Assembly (NCBI GenBank): GCA_039588275.1
Contig: JBDHAC010000048.1
Span: 1 to 31,337, forward strand
DNA length: 31,337 nt
Source of the DNA: Gemmatimonadota bacterium
Lineage (GTDB): Bacteria > Gemmatimonadota > Gemmatimonadetes > Palauibacterales > Palauibacteraceae
Direction of reading: 5' to 3'
The notes beneath the pieces are model-generated. The model had not been told where the DNA came from. It made no database searches and was given only the letters and a program-made list of their open reading frames with translations. Within the stretch, counting starts at the first letter, position 1; each line of letters begins with the position of its first letter. Position numbers and translations under genes: made by a program. Positions 1 through 8,519 of this stretch are shown piece after piece.

Positions 1-134
1 TTGACCGCGACTGCACGATCGTGCTTCAGGTCGCGGGCGAGAAAAACGGCCGCCATACCGCCCCGGCCGATCTCGCCCTGCAGGGCATACCGATCGGACA
101 GCGATGCCTCGAGCCGCTCGTATCGATCTGGCAT
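1..134 (-). CDS. Hanks-type Ser/Thr protein kinase, N-terminal part (runs off window start)
   Basis: Not in the ORF track. Manual minus-strand translation from ATG 134 gives MPDRYERLEASLSDRYALQGEIGRGGMAAVFLARDLKHDRAVAV(K), containing the GxGGMxxV glycine loop and the VAVK motif. Confidence 0.9.
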   Translation of the reverse strand, partial: MPDRYERLEASLSDRYALQGEIGRGGMAAVFLARDLKHDRAVAV

Positions 135-392
135 TGCAGCGCTCCGCGTGGGCCAACGCTAGGCTACTCGTCGCGTACTGCGCTCACCAGCCCCTGATCC
201 TTGCCCGTCCCCGTCTGTACGACCCGCCTGACGACATTGATATATGTGCTGGCGCAGGCGGGTCAGGTTGTCCCCGCGTTAGGGCAGACTATTCGACCCG
301 CCGGTGACACGACTGTCCCGGTGTGCCGAGTGATCGGAGGCCCGCCCCGGTCAGCATCCGGGGGTCCGAAGGCCACGGGGCGTTGCGCCCCG

Positions 393-1619
393 TCAGCCGG
401 AGCGCGGCGGGTGTCCGACGATCCGCTCGTAGATAATGGGATCCGTGGCGCCCTCCGTGGCGATCACGACCACCCTTGAGTCGGCGTCCAGCCCGAGTCT
501 TCCTCGCGCTTCCTCATCCGACGCGACACACACGAGCCCGGCCATCGACGCCGCCCCCGACTCGCCTACGGCGATCGGCGGATCGTCCCCCTCCATCGCG
601 AGCCGGCGCATGGTCTCGGCGGACACCTGGTCGGATATGGCGAGGAAGAAATGTGCGCCCGGCCGCAGGATCGACCACGCGAGAGGCGATGGCTCGCGGC
701 ACGCAAGACCCAGCATCATGGTGTCCAGCGGCCCTTCGAGCGTTACCGGGTGCCCGGCGCGCGCGCTCTGGAGCAGGCAATCGGCCTTCTCGGACTCCAC
801 GATCACCATCGTCGGCCGGCGCTCGCCGAGCGCCTCCCATAGGTGGGCAGTGACGGCGCCGGCGAGACCGCCCACACCCGCCGGTACGAACACGTGCGTC
901 GGGATCGAGTCCCCGGGGAGCTGCTCGAGAACCTCCCCGGCGAGAACGGTGCAGCCCTGCATCATGTCGCGCCCCATCTGCTCGGTCGCGGGGCCCTCGG
1001 ATTTGTCCGAGATCACCTGCCAGCCTTCCGCGGCAGCCGTGGCGCGCGCGACGTGGCTGGCCTCATCGTAGCCCCCTTCGACGCGTACGACATCGGCCCC
1101 GAAGGAAACCATCGCCTGCGCCCGAGCCGGGCTCATCGCCGCCGGAACGAAGATCACGCACCGGCAGCCAAGAAGTCGGGCGCCCCAGGCGAGCGAGCGA
1201 CCGTGGTTGCCGGTGGAGGCGCATGTAACCGTCGTTCGCGAGAGCGCCTCGCCGTGGCCGGTCCTCAACTGCGCGAGCGAGATCGGCTCCGATTCGCCGG
1301 CCCGGCCGGCCACTTCTCGGCCCATCTGCCGGACGACTCCGTACGGCCCCCCCAGCGCTTTGAAGCTTCCCAGACCGAATCTCGGGCCTTCGTCCTTGTG
1401 CCAGACTGCCGCCAGCCTCAGCTCACGCGCGAAGCCGCGCAGAGGATGTAAGGGCGTGGGCGCGTACCCGGGCCACGAGCGAATCTCCTCCCATGCGTCG
1501 GCGTGGCAGTCGAGGGTCAGGATCGCTCGCTCGGCGCTGCCATAGGGACGATCCTCGACGTGCGGATTCGCGAGCAATCGCCAGTGGCTGTCCGTGGGCT
1601 CGTTCCCGTCGGGAGTCAT
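393..1619 (-). CDS. dpaL: Diaminopropionate ammonia-lyase (PLP-dependent, fold type II)
   Basis: 408 aa. Motifs GYAPTPL, KDEGPRFGLGSFKALGG (PLP lysine), ASTGNHGRSLAWGA, VFVPAGVGGLA and GESGAA. Confidence 0.85.
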   Translation of the reverse strand: MTPDGNEPTDSHWRLLANPHVEDRPYGSAERAILTLDCHADAWEEIRSWPGYAPTPLHPLRGFARELRLAAVWHKDEGPRFGLGSFKALGGPYGVVRQMGREVAGRAGESEPISLAQLRTGHGEALSRTTVTCASTGNHGRSLAWGARLLGCRCVIFVPAAMSPARAQAMVSFGADVVRVEGGYDEASHVARATAAAEGWQVISDKSEGPATEQMGRDMMQGCTVLAGEVLEQLPGDSIPTHVFVPAGVGGLAGAVTAHLWEALGERRPTMVIVESEKADCLLQSARAGHPVTLEGPLDTMMLGLACREPSPLAWSILRPGAHFFLAISDQVSAETMRRLAMEGDDPPIAVGESGAASMAGLVCVASDEEARGRLGLDADSRVVVIATEGATDPIIYERIVGHPPRSG

Positions 1620-1640
1620 GGACGAGCAAGGGGTCGAGAC

Positions 1641-1678
1641 AAGAAAAGGGGCCGTCCTCGATCATCGAAGACGGCCCC
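1641..1678 (-). terminator. Rho-independent terminator downstream of the csp gene
   Basis: Minus strand GGGGCCGTCTTCGAT-G-ATCGAGGACGGCCCC followed by TTTTCTT, 30 nt after the csp stop. Confidence 0.85.
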
Positions 1679-1707
1679 GATCGGCTTTGGCGGCCGACGC
1701 TCGGTGC

Positions 1708-2013
1708 TCAGGCCTCGGTAGCCTCGGTGGCCTCGGTAACCTCGGCAGCCTCGGTAGCCTCGGTGGCCTCGGTGGTCTCGGTGGTCTCAATGGTCTCCGC
1801 GGTCCCCGCGACCTTCCTCACGTTGTCCGCGGCTGGGCCCTTACGCCCCTCGACGATTTCGAACTCGACGCGATCGCCCTCGTTGAGCGTCCTGAAGCCT
1901 TCTGATTGGATCGCCGAGTGGTGGACGAAGACATCGCCCTGGCCGTCATCAAGCGCGATGAAGCCATAGCCCTTTTCGTCGCTGAACCACTTCACGGTCC
2001 CGGTGCTGGCCAT
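1708..2013 (-). CDS. cspA: Cold-shock domain protein (CspA family) with acidic Thr/Glu/Ala repeat tail
   Basis: [15 protein letters not shown] (RNP1), DVFVHHSAI (RNP2) and KGPAADNV. C-terminal tail [29 protein letters not shown]. Confidence 0.92.
   Translation of the reverse strand: MASTGTVKWFSDEKGYGFIALDDGQGDVFVHHSAIQSEGFRTLNEGDRVEFEIVEGRKGPAADNVRKVAGTAETIETTETTEATEATEAAEVTEATEATEA
1711..1800. repeat. 9-bp coding tandem repeat, 10 units (consensus RGCCTCGGT on +)
   Basis: Units: ggcctcggt agcctcggt ggcctcggt aacctcggc agcctcggt agcctcggt ggcctcggt ggtctcggt ggtctcaat ggtctccgc. Confidence 0.95.
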
Positions 2014-2219
2014 GTGCCTAACTCCCGTGTCTCTGGTGGTGTGGTCGGGAGTCCGGGCCCTGCCGTAACTACCGACTACGTGCGCTCGCGGTTCTCATCC
2101 CCGCGTTGGGCTCGCGCCCCCCGCTCGAGAGCGGTGCGGCGCGCATCACGGCGAACGAACGAGAAACGGGAACGAGGCTCTCCCCAGGTCCCGCATCGAC
2201 GCGCGACGGATGCTGGCAA

Positions 2220-2248
2220 AATGTAATCACGCGAGGCGCTTATGCCAA
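2220..2248 (-). promoter_or_regulatory. Sigma70-type promoter for the csp gene
   Basis: Minus strand TTGGCA (2248-2243), 17-nt spacer, TACATT (2225-2220). Implies a 5' UTR of about 200 nt, as is typical of cspA genes. Confidence 0.6.
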
Positions 2249-2262
2249 CGACGGGCTAACGG

Positions 2263-2799
2263 TCACGTGCATCGGCCGGTACGATAATCGGCCGGAAGAC
2301 AGGCAAACCTCCACTCGGCCCATAACCCGCGCTCGGCCGCCTCGGCGTCCGCGACCGCTGCCCGGATCCGCGCCTCGTATCGACCATTGGGCGGGATTAT
2401 GAGCGGGACGGCATACCCCAACCACGCCAGGCGCTCGTTCACCAGCGTACCGTCGGAGCCGTGCAGGTAGGTCAGATACCGTCCGAAGTCGTCCCTGTGC
2501 TCGACATCGAGCTCCACGCTCAGTCTGGCGGCGATCGGAGCCAACCCCAGAAGCGCGGCCCGCGCGAGATCTCCCCACGGAGTCTGCCCGAGCTCCGGAG
2601 CGTCGATCAGCAGCAGACGCAGCTCCCGTCCATCCGCACACCGCAGCGAATCCCCGTCGATTACGGTTGAAACGGTGCAGGACGCCTCCGATGTGCTGGG
2701 CGGCCCGAGGCGTTCCTCGCCGCAGCCCGGCTGAGCTCCGGCTATGAGGAGCGCGAGAACGGCACCTCGCGAACGGCATTCTCGGCGGAGCATGTCCAT
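2263..2799 (-). CDS. Thermonuclease (SNase-like), probably exported or a lipoprotein
   Basis: VIDGDS, LRLLLIDAPE, DDFGRYLTYL, VNERLAWLGYA and AERGLW motifs. Hydrophobic N-terminus followed by a Cys. Confidence 0.88.
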   Translation of the reverse strand: MDMLRRECRSRGAVLALLIAGAQPGCGEERLGPPSTSEASCTVSTVIDGDSLRCADGRELRLLLIDAPELGQTPWGDLARAALLGLAPIAARLSVELDVEHRDDFGRYLTYLHGSDGTLVNERLAWLGYAVPLIIPPNGRYEARIRAAVADAEAAERGLWAEWRFACLPADYRTGRCT

Positions 2800-2825
2800 C
2801 TTCTGTCACCGCCGTTGGAACGCGG

Positions 2826-3077
2826 TCAGCCCAGGATGTTCACCCGGCTCAACAGCTTCAGGATCCCGGCGCCGATGACCGAAAGCGCCAGGATCCATTG
2901 GATCGTCGAGACGGTACCGGCGGAGCGCGCGGCCGCGACTCGGTCCTTGTAGGCCAGGAACAAGAAGAGGGCACCCCAGGCGAGCGGGAGGAGTCCTTCG
3001 TAGAGGCCCTCGAGCGCAAAGTCGAATGGCGCCAGCACCAGGGAGATGAGCGCCAAAGCCAGAAACATCTTGTTCAT
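2826..3077 (-). CDS. Small hypothetical membrane protein (about 83 aa, 3 hydrophobic segments)
   Basis: Start moved to ATG 3077 (MNKMFLALALISLV), preceded by GAGGG. Hydrophobic stretches throughout. Confidence 0.6.
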   Translation of the reverse strand: MNKMFLALALISLVLAPFDFALEGLYEGLLPLAWGALFLFLAYKDRVAAARSAGTVSTIQWILALSVIGAGILKLLSRVNILG

Positions 3078-3213
3078 CAGTCGGCCCTCGATTCCGTTAC
3101 CCCGATCGGCAGGCTTCAACCCGCTCGCCATCGGGGCCAGCACCATTCAGGCGGCTTCCGGCGGTTCCGGGTCTCCCACGCATCCACAGCGATATGCCAC
3201 CGGATCACTCCGA

Positions 3214-3270
3214 TCTCAAGCTCACGACGGGCTCTCACGCTCACGACGGGCTCTCACGCTCACGATGGGC
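3214..3270. repeat. Intergenic 19-bp tandem repeat, 3 copies
   Basis: TCTCAAGCTCACGACGGGC / TCTCACGCTCACGACGGGC / TCTCACGCTCACGATGGGC, contiguous. Confidence 0.92.
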
Positions 3271-3365
3271 CGCCGCCGTCCAGATCCCTCCCTCGGACGG
3301 CGGCCGCTGAGGAGGGCGTCGAGGAACCCGCGCGAGGCGCAGGAGCACGTGCAGCGCAGCCTGGC

Positions 3366-5111
3366 CTAGCGACTCGCTCCGGGCACGCGGCGGCCGAGGG
3401 CGCGGCCCACCATGCGCAGGCGCTCGCGCCAGGGCAGCCTGAGCAGGTTCGTCTTCACGACGCCGCGCGTGAAGAACGTCTTGGCGGAGTAGTCGATCGC
3501 CACATCGACGACGCACGGATCCCCGCCCCCCATGATCTCCGCCCCGCGGTGGAGCACCGGATCGATGTCGTCGTTCTCGTCCATCGAGAGACACTCGACT
3601 CCGACGGCGGCGCACAGGGCGGACAGATCGTAGTCGGGCAGGCGGCTGGCGACCTTCCGGTTGAACGCCACGTCCTGGAACTGCGCGATCTGCGCCAGCT
3701 CGCGATCGCGAAGAACGAGCACGAGCGCCGGTACCCCCTGGGCGCCGGCAGTGAGGAGCTCGAGCCCCGTCATGAGGAAAGCGCCGTCGCCCGCCAGCGC
3801 GATCGCCGGGCTCCCCGGGCATGCCATCCCGGCCCCGATCGCGGCGGGGACCGAGTATCCCATGCACGAGTAGTCGACCGGCGCCAGAAGCCGGCCGGGG
3901 CGGTCGAGGCGCAGGCACTCCACGGCCAGGAAAGTCCCGTTGCCGCTGTCCGCCGTGAAGATCGCTTCGGGACCGAACCGCTCCTGTAGCGTCCGGAGCA
4001 GCAGGAAAGGCGACACCCCCGCCCCGGGCTCGGTCGCGGAGGCCGCCGCGCGCCAACGGTCCTCTACCTCCTCGTGTCCTCGGCGGATTGCGTCGCGCAG
4101 CGTGCCGTCCGGCTCGCGCGCCTGCAGGTGCGGGAGCAGGGCGCTCACGAAGGCCGCCGCCTCGGCCGTCGCGGCCACCTCCGCCGGGTAGTTGCGGTTT
4201 AGCACGTCCGGATCGATGTCTACGTGTATGAGGGGCGCTGGCGGATCGACGCCGTAGCTGCCGGTCGCTACCTCGCCAAAGCGACACCCGATCGCCAACG
4301 TCGCGTCGCACCCGCGCACGACCTCACGCGCGAACTTCGGCGCGGCGTCCCCGAACCCCGGCCACAGGAACAGCGGGTGGCTCTCCGGGAACACGCCCTT
4401 CCCCTGGAATGTGGTGGCCACCGGAGCGTCGAGGGTTTCAGCGAGACGGACGAGGTCCTCACCCGCGGCTGCCGCACCCAGTCCCACGTAGACGAGGGGT
4501 CGCTTCGCCCGGTCCAGGATCGCGGCCGCCGCTTTCACGTCTCCGGCAACGGGCTCCGACACGGCGGGCGGGGCGGGCTCCGGACTCTTCTCTCGGGTCG
4601 CGCGGTGCGAGAGCAGGTACAGGTTCGCGGGCACCTCCACCATCACCGGTCCCGGGGCTCCGCTTCTAGCGACGCGGCACGCGCGGCGCACCGTCGCGTA
4701 CAGCTCCTCTCCACGCTCGGGACGCAGCTGCGCCTTCGTCACCGGCGCGACCATGGACAGCTGGTCGATGTCGTGGAGCTGGAAGGCGTGTCCCGTGTCG
4801 CGCCGGATTCCGCACCCCAAGACCAGCATTGCCGCGTTGTCCATGTACGCTTCGGCGATCCCAGACAGGGCGTGCGTGAGTCCGGCGCCCGGCACGACGT
4901 TCACGCACGCCAGGTAGCCGCACGAGCGCCACACGGCGTCCGCCATGAAGGACGCGCTCTGCTCATCGGTGACGAGGACCGGTCTCACGCTGCGAGACTG
5001 CGCCAACGCGTCGTAGAGCTCGATGTTGTGGGTACCGGGGATCCCGAACGTGAACGGAACGCCCTCATCCTCCAATGCGCGTACCACCGCTCGTCCACCG
5101 GTTTCCCTCAT
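3366..5111 (-). CDS. Thiamine-diphosphate-dependent enzyme (acetolactate synthase large-subunit-like family)
   Basis: True start taken as ATG 5111 (MRETGGRAVVRALEDEGVPFTFGIPG), overlapping the upstream TGA. Has DEQSASFMADA (catalytic Glu), GAPGPVMVEVP, IHVDIDP, CMGYSVPAAIGA and GDGAF. The extension to 5840 in the ORF track is spurious. Confidence 0.9.
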   Translation of the reverse strand: MRETGGRAVVRALEDEGVPFTFGIPGTHNIELYDALAQSRSVRPVLVTDEQSASFMADAVWRSCGYLACVNVVPGAGLTHALSGIAEAYMDNAAMLVLGCGIRRDTGHAFQLHDIDQLSMVAPVTKAQLRPERGEELYATVRRACRVARSGAPGPVMVEVPANLYLLSHRATREKSPEPAPPAVSEPVAGDVKAAAAILDRAKRPLVYVGLGAAAAGEDLVRLAETLDAPVATTFQGKGVFPESHPLFLWPGFGDAAPKFAREVVRGCDATLAIGCRFGEVATGSYGVDPPAPLIHVDIDPDVLNRNYPAEVAATAEAAAFVSALLPHLQAREPDGTLRDAIRRGHEEVEDRWRAAASATEPGAGVSPFLLLRTLQERFGPEAIFTADSGNGTFLAVECLRLDRPGRLLAPVDYSCMGYSVPAAIGAGMACPGSPAIALAGDGAFLMTGLELLTAGAQGVPALVLVLRDRELAQIAQFQDVAFNRKVASRLPDYDLSALCAAVGVECLSMDENDDIDPVLHRGAEIMGGGDPCVVDVAIDYSAKTFFTRGVVKTNLLRLPWRERLRMVGRALGRRVPGASR

Positions 5112-6646
5112 CACTGCTCCTTCGACTGTCTCGGCTGCCAGGCGTCCAGGAGATCGGCCGCGTCGCGGCGCACCCCCTCGGCCGTCCGGTCCGCGAGCGC
5201 CATCACGGTCAGGTACGGGTTGATCTGGAGCGCGTCGGGGAACAGGCTGGAATCGGCGACCCGCAGCCATGGGATGCCGTGCACGCACCCCCAGGCGTCG
5301 GTCACGGAGTCGGCGGCCGTGCGCCCCATTCCGCACCCACCCATCAGGTGAGCGGCCGATACCGAGATCGTCCCCGCCCGGAAGTGGCGCTCGTCGATAC
5401 GAGCATCCACCCGGTCCGCCTCGCCGGCCTCGATCAGCGGGGGATCCGCGCTGGGGGCGTGTACGCGGACCGCTCCGGCCGCGAAGAATATCCTCGCCGC
5501 CGCCCGCGTCGCCCGCACCAGCGCCGTGATGACGTCGTCGGTAAAACGGTAGTGGACGACAGGCTTGCCGCTTCCGTCCACGCCGACGTGGTTGCCCGCA
5601 ACGGCCCGGTCGCAGGCGAGCACCAGGATCATCTGGAGCCTGGGGAAGGCTCGCATCAGGCGGCTGTGGTCGGGCCCGAACCCGCTCAGGTTCTTCGCCG
5701 TTACGAACGGGAAGTACATGCAGGTCTCGAGTACGTACGCCTCCTCCGCCGCCCGGTCCATATAGAAGCTCTTCGGGTGCCCGACGTCGTTGGTGATGTC
5801 GTGCGGGTGCTCCGCGACGAGGATGTGCGCCGGGTGGCACGTGAACCCCTCCCCCAGTCGAGGCAGCCGGACCGGGAGGCGGGAATGGATCAGGAGCGCG
5901 GGACTACCTACCGCGCCCCCGGCCACGACCACGATCCCCGCCTGCACGCGGTACTCGCCCGGCGCCCACTCCGAGGGAGCACCCTTCTCTCCGGGCTCCT
6001 TCTCCGTGACCCGGACGTGGAGCGTGCGGTCTTCGACCCGGGTCACTTCCGCCCGGGTGACCACCTCGACGCCTTCCCGTTCCGCAGCCGGGAGCTGGAC
6101 CTGGTCCGTTCCCTGCTTGGCCCGGTTCGGACAGCCGAGATTGCACAGGCTCGAACCCCGGCAGCCCTCGATGTTCAGCGGAAACTGCCTCGCCTCGTAC
6201 CCGGCAGCCCGGCAACCCTCGACGAACAGACGGTTGTTGTCGTTGATCGCCGCCTCGTCCAGATAGTGGACGTTGTTCTGGGCGGCGAATCGCTCGGATC
6301 GCGCCCGAACGTCCTCGTGGGTCAGCCCCGGAACGTCCCACGCTTCGATAATCCGCTCGGGTGCGATGAGCGAGGTGCCGGTGTACACGGCCGTCGACCC
6401 CCCGTAGGTCCGACCGAAGGCCAGCGTCATGGTGCCTTCCGCCGTCAGGAATCCGCCGCCGTCCGCGTAGAGCGCGTCGGCCATCTCGAGCTCGAGCCCG
6501 GTGAGCTCGCCGTCCCGGAGCCGGGGGCCCTGTTCGAGCACGAGGATCCGAAGCCCCTCGCGAGCCATCGGGCCCAGCTCCTGGGCGACCGTGCCGCCGC
6601 CCGCTCCCGATCCTACGATCGCGATGTCGTAACGGCGTTCGTTCAA
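5111..6646 (-). CDS. GMC-family FAD oxidoreductase
   Basis: Start taken as TTG 6646 after GGGAGG. YDIAIVGSGAGGG Rossmann motif, GRTYGGST, CRGSSLCNLGC, SAAHLMGGCGMG, LRVADSSLFP and NPYLTVMALA. Confidence 0.9.
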   Translation of the reverse strand: MNERRYDIAIVGSGAGGGTVAQELGPMAREGLRILVLEQGPRLRDGELTGLELEMADALYADGGGFLTAEGTMTLAFGRTYGGSTAVYTGTSLIAPERIIEAWDVPGLTHEDVRARSERFAAQNNVHYLDEAAINDNNRLFVEGCRAAGYEARQFPLNIEGCRGSSLCNLGCPNRAKQGTDQVQLPAAEREGVEVVTRAEVTRVEDRTLHVRVTEKEPGEKGAPSEWAPGEYRVQAGIVVVAGGAVGSPALLIHSRLPVRLPRLGEGFTCHPAHILVAEHPHDITNDVGHPKSFYMDRAAEEAYVLETCMYFPFVTAKNLSGFGPDHSRLMRAFPRLQMILVLACDRAVAGNHVGVDGSGKPVVHYRFTDDVITALVRATRAAARIFFAAGAVRVHAPSADPPLIEAGEADRVDARIDERHFRAGTISVSAAHLMGGCGMGRTAADSVTDAWGCVHGIPWLRVADSSLFPDALQINPYLTVMALADRTAEGVRRDAADLLDAWQPRQSKEQ

Positions 6647-6683
6647 CGGACAGCCTCCCGGACCCACCCGAGGGACTCCCGAC

Positions 6684-7118
6684 TCATCGAACCGCCTCCC
6701 ACCCCTCCGGGCGTGCCCGGTAGCCGAGCTCGGCGTGGATCTCCGGCTGAGCGTAGTAGCCCATGAAAACGAGGCTGCGAAGACCCCATATCCCCCGGCG
6801 AAGCAGAAGCAGGCGGGAGCGCTGCAGAGATTCCATGAACCGGAGGCGACGCTCCGGCTCCAGCTTCGCGAGTCGCCGGCCGTGTCGGATGAGCGAGATC
6901 CAGTCGAGCGCACGCACGAGCAGCGCGACCTGCCGTTGCACCGCGCGCGGCCAGCTCCGTAGCGCGGTCTCGACGATCTGGAAAGACCGTTCCCAGCTCG
7001 GCCCATCCATCCCGACGATCTCGGGTACGAAAGTTTCCGAAAGCGCACGGAAGGCCCCTCGGACCGGAGTCAGAGCTCCGGCCCCGTCCGCTTCCGTGCT
7101 GAGGCGCTGTTCGTACAT
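6684..7118 (-). CDS. Small GMC-partner protein (gluconate 2-dehydrogenase subunit-3-like)
   Basis: 144 aa with RRLAKLEPERRLRFMESL and GLRSLVFMGYY..PE....LGY, typical of small genes upstream of GMC oxidoreductases. Confidence 0.7.
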   Translation of the reverse strand: MYEQRLSTEADGAGALTPVRGAFRALSETFVPEIVGMDGPSWERSFQIVETALRSWPRAVQRQVALLVRALDWISLIRHGRRLAKLEPERRLRFMESLQRSRLLLLRRGIWGLRSLVFMGYYAQPEIHAELGYRARPEGWEAVR

Positions 7119-7189
7119 CGACGGCCCGGTCCCTCGACGACTGAGCAGGATTTGCGGTAGGCGAGTGAGAGTTCCGTATCTGCGTTTCC

Positions 7190-7197
7190 ATTATAGT
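7190..7197. promoter_or_regulatory. Candidate overlapping divergent -10 elements
   Basis: ATTATAGT gives TATAAT on the minus strand (7195-7190) and TATAGT on the plus strand (7192-7197), between divergent genes. The -35 matches are poor. Confidence 0.45.
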
Positions 7198-7277
7198 TTT
7201 GGGGGTACGGATCGGCGATGCGTGGCCGCCGCCACGTTCCTACATCGTCGGCCACGGGCCGAAGGAGATGACGGCGC

Positions 7278-8453
7278 ATGAAGCGGACATCCGATGTCGT
7301 AATCGTGGGCGGCGGGCTGATGGGGTGTAGCACGGCCTTTCACCTCGCTCGGGACGGCGTCGACGTGACCGTGCTCGAGCGGGACAGCGTGGGCCTCGGG
7401 GCGACGGGGCGGTCATCGGCCATCATCCGGCAGCATTATTCCAACGAGCTGACCGCCCGCATGGCCCTCCACAGCCTTCACGTGTTCGAGGACTTCGATG
7501 AACGCGTGGGGGGCGAGTGCGGGTTCACGCGAACCGGGTTCCTGGTCATCGTCGGGGGCGAGGACCGAGCGGGCATGGAGGCCAACATCGCGCTGCAAAG
7601 AGAGGTCGGGATCGAGACCGGGTTGTTGTCACCCGAAGAACTTGCCGGAGTGATGCCGGGGCTGGAGACAGGGGATCTCGCGTGTGCGGCGTTCGAGCCG
7701 AAGAGCGGATATGCCGACCCGCACATGACCGTGAACGGGTATGCCGACGCCGCGCGCCGCCTGGGGGCCACGATCCTCGTCGGTCGGGAGGTCACAGGCA
7801 TCCGGTTCTCGGGGGACCGCGTGGTCGGAGTCGACACCTCGGACGGAGGCTTCGACGCCCCCATCGTCGTGAATTGTGCCGGGCCCTGGGGGGCGGCGGT
7901 GGCAGCGATGGCCGGCGTGGGGGCGCCGATCGTATCCAGTCGGGTCCAGGTCGCCACCTTCCAACGCCCGACCGAGTTCGAGGCTCCCCACCCGATCGTG
8001 ATCGACTTCGTGCACGGCACCTACTTCCGTTCCGAGACGGGGCGCTTGACGCTGGTGGGCTCCGTCGACCCCTCGGAGGCCGACGACGTCGTCGACCCGG
8101 ACGCGTACGCCGAGCATGTGGAGCCGGAGTTCGTGGCCGAGGTCGGCGAAGCGTTCGCTCAGCGGTATCCGCCCATGGAGGGGGCGCTGAGCACGGGAGG
8201 GTTCGCGGGTCTCTACGCCGTCACGCCCGACTGGCACCCGATCATCGACGAGGTCCCGGCTGGAAGCGGCCACTACCTGTGCACCGGATTCAGCGGCCAC
8301 GGATTCAAGCTCGCCCCGGCGGTCGGTCTGATGACGGCAGACCTCGTAACAGGCGTCGCCGAGCCGGAATTCCCGACAGACCTCTTCCGGCTGTCACGTT
8401 TCGCCGAGGACGACCCGGTACGCGGGCGGTACGCCTACAGTATCACGGGGTAA
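7278..8453 (+). CDS. FAD-dependent amine oxidase (DAO / sarcosine oxidase beta-like)
   Basis: DVVIVGGGLMG, GATGRSSAIIRQ, VVNCAGPW, GLYAVTPDWHPII and GFSGHGFKLAPAVG. RBS GAAGGAG upstream. Confidence 0.9.
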   Translation: MKRTSDVVIVGGGLMGCSTAFHLARDGVDVTVLERDSVGLGATGRSSAIIRQHYSNELTARMALHSLHVFEDFDERVGGECGFTRTGFLVIVGGEDRAGMEANIALQREVGIETGLLSPEELAGVMPGLETGDLACAAFEPKSGYADPHMTVNGYADAARRLGATILVGREVTGIRFSGDRVVGVDTSDGGFDAPIVVNCAGPWGAAVAAMAGVGAPIVSSRVQVATFQRPTEFEAPHPIVIDFVHGTYFRSETGRLTLVGSVDPSEADDVVDPDAYAEHVEPEFVAEVGEAFAQRYPPMEGALSTGGFAGLYAVTPDWHPIIDEVPAGSGHYLCTGFSGHGFKLAPAVGLMTADLVTGVAEPEFPTDLFRLSRFAEDDPVRGRYAYSITG

Positions 8454-8519
8454 GCGGGCCCGGCCGGCGCGAACGGGCTTGCCAGCGCGCGGCCACCCGC
8501 GGCGGGCCCGCCCCCGCGG

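Noticed and set aside
2263..2799. Thermonuclease as part of an anti-phage or toxin system
   Set aside because: It appears exported and has no neighbouring defence, immunity or mobile-element genes.
3214..3270. CRISPR array (also considered for 16340-16399)
   Set aside because: The repeats are contiguous or separated by only 4-5 nt, with no unique spacers and no cas genes.
5112..5840. 824-aa version of the ThDP enzyme and 645-aa version of the GMC protein
   Set aside because: The N-terminal extensions are Arg/Gly/Pro-rich alternate-frame overlaps of upstream genes; starts with stop-start overlaps exist at 5111 and 6646.
8454..8511. Terminator between the convergent DAO and rhodanese genes (GCGGGCCCG...CGGGCCCGC)
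   Set aside because: The inverted repeat is real, but there is no U-tract and such GC-rich repeats are common by chance here.
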